Positions 60,301 to 64,000 of a DNA stretch of 64,000 nucleotides are shown here, piece after piece. The stretch spans positions 512,001-576,000 of the forward strand of contig CAVRCJ010000010.1 in assembly GCA_963719515.1 (NCBI GenBank), in the 5' to 3' direction. Position 1 is the stretch's first letter. Every line of letters starts with the position of its first letter. Below the pieces are notes generated by a model. That model was not told where the DNA came from. It saw only the letters and a list, made by a program, of their open reading frames with translations, and ran no database searches. A program made the position numbers and the translations under genes. Source of the stretch: an uncultured cyanobacterium. GTDB taxonomy: Bacteria; Cyanobacteriota; Cyanobacteriia; CAKZMO01.

Positions 60301-62344
60301 CCGTAGAACGGCCGAAGATTTTCGAATCGACAACGAGAAAAAGTCTCCAGAGCGCCCATCAGGGTTTTGGATTACCAACCAAACCAACGCCTTCGAGGGG
60401 AACCACGTCGCGGGCGTCCTCGGGGGACAGGGATTTTGGTTCCAGGACCCTGACAAAAAATCGGGTACTAGTTCGGCCCGCACAAAAGATACGCCCCTAC
60501 TTCAGTTTGAGGGCAACACGGCTCACACCATTATGTTCAACCCAAGCAATGGTTTGGGCTACGCACCTAAGTGGACTGGTATTGCCCTCGACCTCGGTAA
60601 GTCGTACGACAATAACCCGGATAACGCGCCCATCAAGGACTTCACAGCTTGGAAAACAGGCAATATTGCGATCGCTGTAGGCCATGGAGATGAGGTAGAC
60701 ATTGAAAACCCCACCGTTGCCGAGGCCCGTATAGCTATTCTGACAAGAGCAGGTGCACCTGTTGAGGTCACCACCCCAACGATTGTGGCCGAGACTGAAA
60801 ACGCCGTGGAGGGTCGCGATCTCGACAGCCTCTTGCCTGCGGCCTCTAAGGCTGTTGTTGTGGAGGCTTCGCGTCCGGTTAACTTTATCGACGCCACGAT
60901 TATTGGCGAAGATAAGCTTGTGCTGTCTTCACAAAGACCAGAGCATCAAGGTAATCTGACCGTCACATTCGCCGATGGAAATGCACAAGCCTCCCCTACA
61001 GGCGAAGCGCCAACGGAGCAGCCTCCTGTGGATGAGTCTCCCAGCGAGCCTTCTGCTGACGAGCCTCCTGCCGAGGGCGATTCTGGCGCTGTAGATGTAC
61101 CGAACGAGGGTGGGGAAGTAGACCAGGGTAGCGATCCCGTTATGGAAACGCCCACTGACGGCAGTGGAACGTCGCTACTAGATGGCAGCGCCACCTTCGA
61201 CGGCAGCAGCGACGCCTTTGTCGTAGAACATCAAGCGGCATTTCAGGCAGAATCGGGTAGCCTCAGCTTCCGGTTCAAGGCCAACGACACCTCGGGCACT
61301 CAAGGCCTCATGTCGAAAGACTCAAAGGGTCTTGATGATGGCGGTCACTTGACTCTCCTGATGAAAGGAGATGTGCTACAGCTACGCGCCCAAACTGAAA
61401 GTCAGTCCTTCAGGATTAAGGGCGGTAGCGTTAGCGCGGGTGATTGGCACGACGTTGAGATCAGCTGGGGAGACGACGGCGTTCAGCTGTCGCTTGATGG
61501 GGCTGAGGTGGGTCAGACTAAAGGATTCACCGATCAGTTGATCAACAACCTCGAACCCATCGTCTTTGGTGCTAACCAGCAGGCCAGTGGCGATCAAGTG
61601 GCGGATGAGTTGAGCAATTTCTTCTCTGGAGAAATCGCTGACGTCAGGTTTGATGGCGATCGCGCTGTTGCCGGCGTCTCTGCAACGATTTCTCCCTCTG
61701 GAGTCGTAAAAGAGATCAACCCCGCTGCCGTCTCCACTCCCTTAGAGATGAGTGAGGCACTGTCGATGGAGCAGTCTGAAGCTTTCAAGCCCAAATTCAC
61801 TGCGGAGACGCTGGAGTCTTACGGTGGTAGACAAGACCAAAATCTGGAGGCCAAAGTCTCTGATGGAGGCAATGAGATCGCCCTCAAAGGCAATGGCTGG
61901 AAGCAGCTTGGTGTCGACTACACCATTACCCCTGAAACCACGATGCGCTTTGAATTCCAAAGCAATAGCGAGGGCGAGATTCACTCTATTGGCTTTGACA
62001 ACGACAACGCCATTACCACCGCTGACCAGGCCAATAGCTTCCAGCTATCGGGGACGCAAGAGTGGGGTGTGCAGGACTTTGCCACCTACATGGCAGAGTC
62101 AGGCTGGCAGTCCTTTGAAATTCCAGTGGGCGAGTACCTGCAGGGTGAGGTAGCCTCCTTGACCTTTGGCAACGACCACGACGTTGCCAATCCCGATGCA
62201 GCCAGTCAGTTCCGCAATATTGAGCTGTTTGAGGCATCAGAGGGCGTTGGTAACCAGACCGAAGTTCAAAATGATGACCTGCTAGCGGCAAACGCCGGGA
62301 CAACGACGGCGTTCACGATGGAAGAGCCTGCAACCTTCATGTAG
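57308..62344 (+). CDS. Large surface protein: beta-helix repeats, acidic spacer, G8 and TMEM2/CEMIP-like beta-helix, LamG-like and C-terminal lectin-like domains
   Basis: N-terminal SGAGSLREAI with GGAI/FxxN repeats; W...VP..G.DV.I G8 start; GRYPVHFH, SIHHSFQRGLVVH, PSGFWITN; LamG-like WHDVEISW...LSLDG. Confidence 0.88.
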   Translation: MAIITVTNARNSGAGSLREAIASANSGDTVAFSSELANKTIRLDEQLVIDKDITLDGAAAPNLTLSGEDKTRILHVDYSYVDVVVRNLTFANGRAADSDPNKTQQGGAIELRGPNTLVVENSRFINNSAERGGAIHVGYGASATVVGSEFDGNDGSLANDGFSAGAISTQGGGEGAKVVNTNGDRNVGGEAFLDIRDSTFTNNKGSYGAVYTLLGGLRVEDSVFRNNEGTRGAGAIFTDGANGTERADNLGGTTLIRNVIAENNTGGGDYGGAFFLYGYSGDKYIIENTQVIGNEARRGGGIGVQSARDEDNGVELIIRDSVIADNTASSQGGGIWTNVKGGVTIEDSTFSGNRVTTPTGGGDIGGAIVLNTPESAESTITNTTFTDNYADRQSGNIWIGGAQKAQNLTITDSQFAGNRAGSRDMENTVNFPVNDGGGNVVQNANRVDNGLSNATLVDNLQIDTIPPVAEEPVAEEPVAEEPAVEEPIVEEPVAEEPTAEEPAVEEPTAEEPAVEEPTAEEPVAEEPTVEEPVAEEPTAEEPTAEEPAVEEPTAEEPAVEEPVAEEPVAEEPAVEEPAVEEPAAEEPVIEEPVADAGGGDSPDMDMSEQPTQMDPTQMEDHNGHMGMDSNGGDMEPSTVLWSDAGEWLGRVPADGEDVIIPDGMTVVLDGDTPDLGNLVVHGKVMFGETDVTLTADNVIVFGEMMAGSEGKPHTHKAEIILTGKSTDADVVLADWMGEGHAMDSGEHAGHMTNPIDSKAVIVAPGGKLELHGAEVDSWTQLDSTANAGDTSITLAESPTGWNVGDTIGIAPTDFDPLEVEERTISKIEGSTVFFDKPLEYRHYGEQQDLGNGKQLDMRAEVTNLTRNISITGSDEGESQILETDSNNPDYYARAGYGGHTMYLNDSEVKLDGVEFNGLGLSGELGRYPVHFHHTGDAEGSYVKNSSIHHSFQRGLVVHRTDNLLVEGNTTFDTMSHSYYIEDGVETGNQFVNNLAVLPRRTAEDFRIDNEKKSPERPSGFWITNQTNAFEGNHVAGVLGGQGFWFQDPDKKSGTSSARTKDTPLLQFEGNTAHTIMFNPSNGLGYAPKWTGIALDLGKSYDNNPDNAPIKDFTAWKTGNIAIAVGHGDEVDIENPTVAEARIAILTRAGAPVEVTTPTIVAETENAVEGRDLDSLLPAASKAVVVEASRPVNFIDATIIGEDKLVLSSQRPEHQGNLTVTFADGNAQASPTGEAPTEQPPVDESPSEPSADEPPAEGDSGAVDVPNEGGEVDQGSDPVMETPTDGSGTSLLDGSATFDGSSDAFVVEHQAAFQAESGSLSFRFKANDTSGTQGLMSKDSKGLDDGGHLTLLMKGDVLQLRAQTESQSFRIKGGSVSAGDWHDVEISWGDDGVQLSLDGAEVGQTKGFTDQLINNLEPIVFGANQQASGDQVADELSNFFSGEIADVRFDGDRAVAGVSATISPSGVVKEINPAAVSTPLEMSEALSMEQSEAFKPKFTAETLESYGGRQDQNLEAKVSDGGNEIALKGNGWKQLGVDYTITPETTMRFEFQSNSEGEIHSIGFDNDNAITTADQANSFQLSGTQEWGVQDFATYMAESGWQSFEIPVGEYLQGEVASLTFGNDHDVANPDAASQFRNIELFEASEGVGNQTEVQNDDLLAANAGTTTAFTMEEPATFM
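58709..59083 (+). repeat. 25 x 15-bp coding tandem repeat (xxEEP)
   Basis: 25 consecutive units such as GTAGCTGAAGAGCCC encoding (V/A/T/I)(A/V/I)EEP. Confidence 0.95.
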
Positions 62345-62394
62345 CCTCAGCTCCTGAACCATCGCGACATTAGGGATTAGCACCCCTAGCAAGA

Positions 62395-62435
62395 CAATCG
62401 CCTCTTCTGTACGCATAGAAGAGGCGATTGCTTTT
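62395..62435. terminator. Intrinsic terminator between the convergent G8 gene and purF
   Basis: 14-bp perfect stem CAATCGCCTCTTCT/AGAAGAGGCGATTG followed by CTTTT. Confidence 0.82.
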
Positions 62436-62474
62436 GGAAATATAGATTAATTGACCAGAGCAATTAACCCCGAC

Positions 62475-63932
62475 TTAAACGGGTGCTGGCTCAGCCAGAG
62501 TTTCCAGCATCAGCTTCGAGCGTTTCATTGCCATCGGCACCTCAATGGGGTATTCACCCGTAAAGCAGGCCGAGCAAAAGCGATCGCGGTTCTGGCGGGT
62601 TTCGTCCAGCATGCCCTCCCAGCTGAGGTAGGCCAAAGAGTCGGCTTCAACATGACGCTCAATTTCCTCCACCGGCTGTTTGGCGGCAATCAGCTGGTCT
62701 TGGTTGTCGGTGTCGATGCCGTAGAAACAAGGGTGGGTGACCGGCGGTGAAGAAATACGCATGTGGACCTCGGTCGCCCCGGCATCCCGCAGGGCTTTGA
62801 CGATTTTGCGGCTGGTGGTACCGCGCACTACCGAGTCATCAATGATGACAATCCGCTTACCGACTAGCACATCCCGCAGCGGGTTGAGCTTCATGCGAAT
62901 GCCAGACTCTCGCATAGCTTGGGTAGGCTGAATAAAGGTGCGACCGACATAGCGGTTCTTGATCAGCCCTTCGGCATAGGGAATGCCGGAGGCCTCAGAG
63001 TAACCGATGGCGGCAGGAATGCCGGAGTCAGGGACGCCAATCACGAGGTCAACATCTACCGGAGACTCTTGGGCCAGTCGCCGCCCTAGCCGCATACGGT
63101 AGCTGTAGAGGGATTCGCCGTCTACAAGACTATCGGGCCGTGAGAAGTAAATCATCTCGAAAACGCAGAGCTTCCGGTCTGGAGCGTTCCACTGAATGGA
63201 TTTCAGCCCCTTATCGTCGATCCACACCAGCTCGCCGGGTTCGATGTCCCGTAGGTAAGTCGCGCCAATAATATCGAGGGCGCAGGTTTCAGAAGCCAAC
63301 ACATAGCGCTGGTCAGCGTTTGACCCCTCAGGACTATAGTGCCCTAGTCGTCCGAGCACCAGCGGACGAATGCCGTTGGGATCCCTTGCCCCCATGACGC
63401 CCGTCGGCGTTCCCATCACGAGACTGAATGCCCCACGACAGCGTTTGAGCGCGGCTGCGGTCGCCTCAATCCAGTCACTTCCTTGGGCGATCGCCTCAGC
63501 CACAGCTAGAGCGATCATCTCCGAATCTGTCGTGGTTTGTAGGTTGACGCTAGAGAGTTCCTGGCGCAGCTCATAGGCGTTGACCAAATTCCCGTTGTGG
63601 GCCAGCGCAAACGGACCTAGCTGAGTGTCGACGACGACGGGCTGAGCGTTTGACTGATGGCTCGACCCGGTGGTGGAGTAGCGAGTATGTCCAACGGCGA
63701 GCTCCCCCGGCAAGCCGCTGAGGACATCTTCGTTGAAGACCTGGTTGACCAGGCCAGAATTTTTGTGCAGGTGAACCACGCCATCGTCAAATGTGGCAAT
63801 TCCTGCAGCTTCCTGCCCTCGGTGCTGCAGCGCAAAGAGGCCAAAATAGGTGAGTTTGGCGACAGTCTCCTCCGGAGCGTATAGGCCAAAGACGCCGCAA
63901 GCCTCTTGGGGCTTCTCCCCTCTATCATCCAT
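62475..63932 (-). CDS. purF: Amidophosphoribosyltransferase
   Basis: Propeptide then EACGVFG, LQHRGQE, GHTRYST, AHNGNL, DDSVVRGTTS, CFYGID, FCSACFTGEYP. Confidence 0.98.
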   Translation of the reverse strand: MDDRGEKPQEACGVFGLYAPEETVAKLTYFGLFALQHRGQEAAGIATFDDGVVHLHKNSGLVNQVFNEDVLSGLPGELAVGHTRYSTTGSSHQSNAQPVVVDTQLGPFALAHNGNLVNAYELRQELSSVNLQTTTDSEMIALAVAEAIAQGSDWIEATAAALKRCRGAFSLVMGTPTGVMGARDPNGIRPLVLGRLGHYSPEGSNADQRYVLASETCALDIIGATYLRDIEPGELVWIDDKGLKSIQWNAPDRKLCVFEMIYFSRPDSLVDGESLYSYRMRLGRRLAQESPVDVDLVIGVPDSGIPAAIGYSEASGIPYAEGLIKNRYVGRTFIQPTQAMRESGIRMKLNPLRDVLVGKRIVIIDDSVVRGTTSRKIVKALRDAGATEVHMRISSPPVTHPCFYGIDTDNQDQLIAAKQPVEEIERHVEADSLAYLSWEGMLDETRQNRDRFCSACFTGEYPIEVPMAMKRSKLMLETLAEPAPV

Positions 63933-64000
63933 AGGATCAATCGCTACAGGCTTATTTTCTAGGGTACCGGTGGGTGAATCAAGCTCTAAACCACTGCTGA

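Noticed and set aside
1..64000. Very frequent GCGATCGC octamer as a novel repeat
   Set aside because: This is the well-known cyanobacterial HIP1 sequence; used only as a taxonomic clue

Overview
Chromosomal window from a cyanobacterium. The evidence is the very frequent HIP1 octamer GCGATCGC, the ado-aar alkane genes, and COP23-, ComFB- and DUF1517-type genes; a Leptolyngbya/Nodosilinea-like lineage is my inference. Housekeeping genes (uvrA 3' part, pyk, dusB, ubiD, purF, comM/yifB, a SNF2 helicase, an ABC transporter) alternate with accessory material. There are three IS200/IS605-family elements in different states of decay: (i) 8203-9623, with intact tnpA and a broken tnpB; (ii) a 449-bp non-autonomous element at 14044-14492 that is not in the ORF track, splits a membrane-enzyme gene, and keeps both end hairpins, a -10 box and an omegaRNA-like 3' region; (iii) 48214-~50007, with an intact but zinc-finger-less tnpB and a truncated tnpA, next to an orphaned antitoxin. 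Other notable items are a RyR/TPR/SLOG-like class III nucleotide cyclase with atypical specificity residues and one in-frame stop, a FAAL plus GT2/NodS/PIG-L/acyl-CoA-dehydrogenase cluster with a probable CTG start, a candidate terminator/antiterminator leader RNA, an uncharacterised two-gene unit encoding a secreted CxxCH protein, a macrodomain-like orphan, three GGDEF proteins, and a 1678-aa G8/TMEM2-like surface protein with a 25x15-bp repeat. Several genes carry single frameshifts or stops, which could be real decay or sequencing error. All family calls come from motif recognition by eye; no database searches were run.
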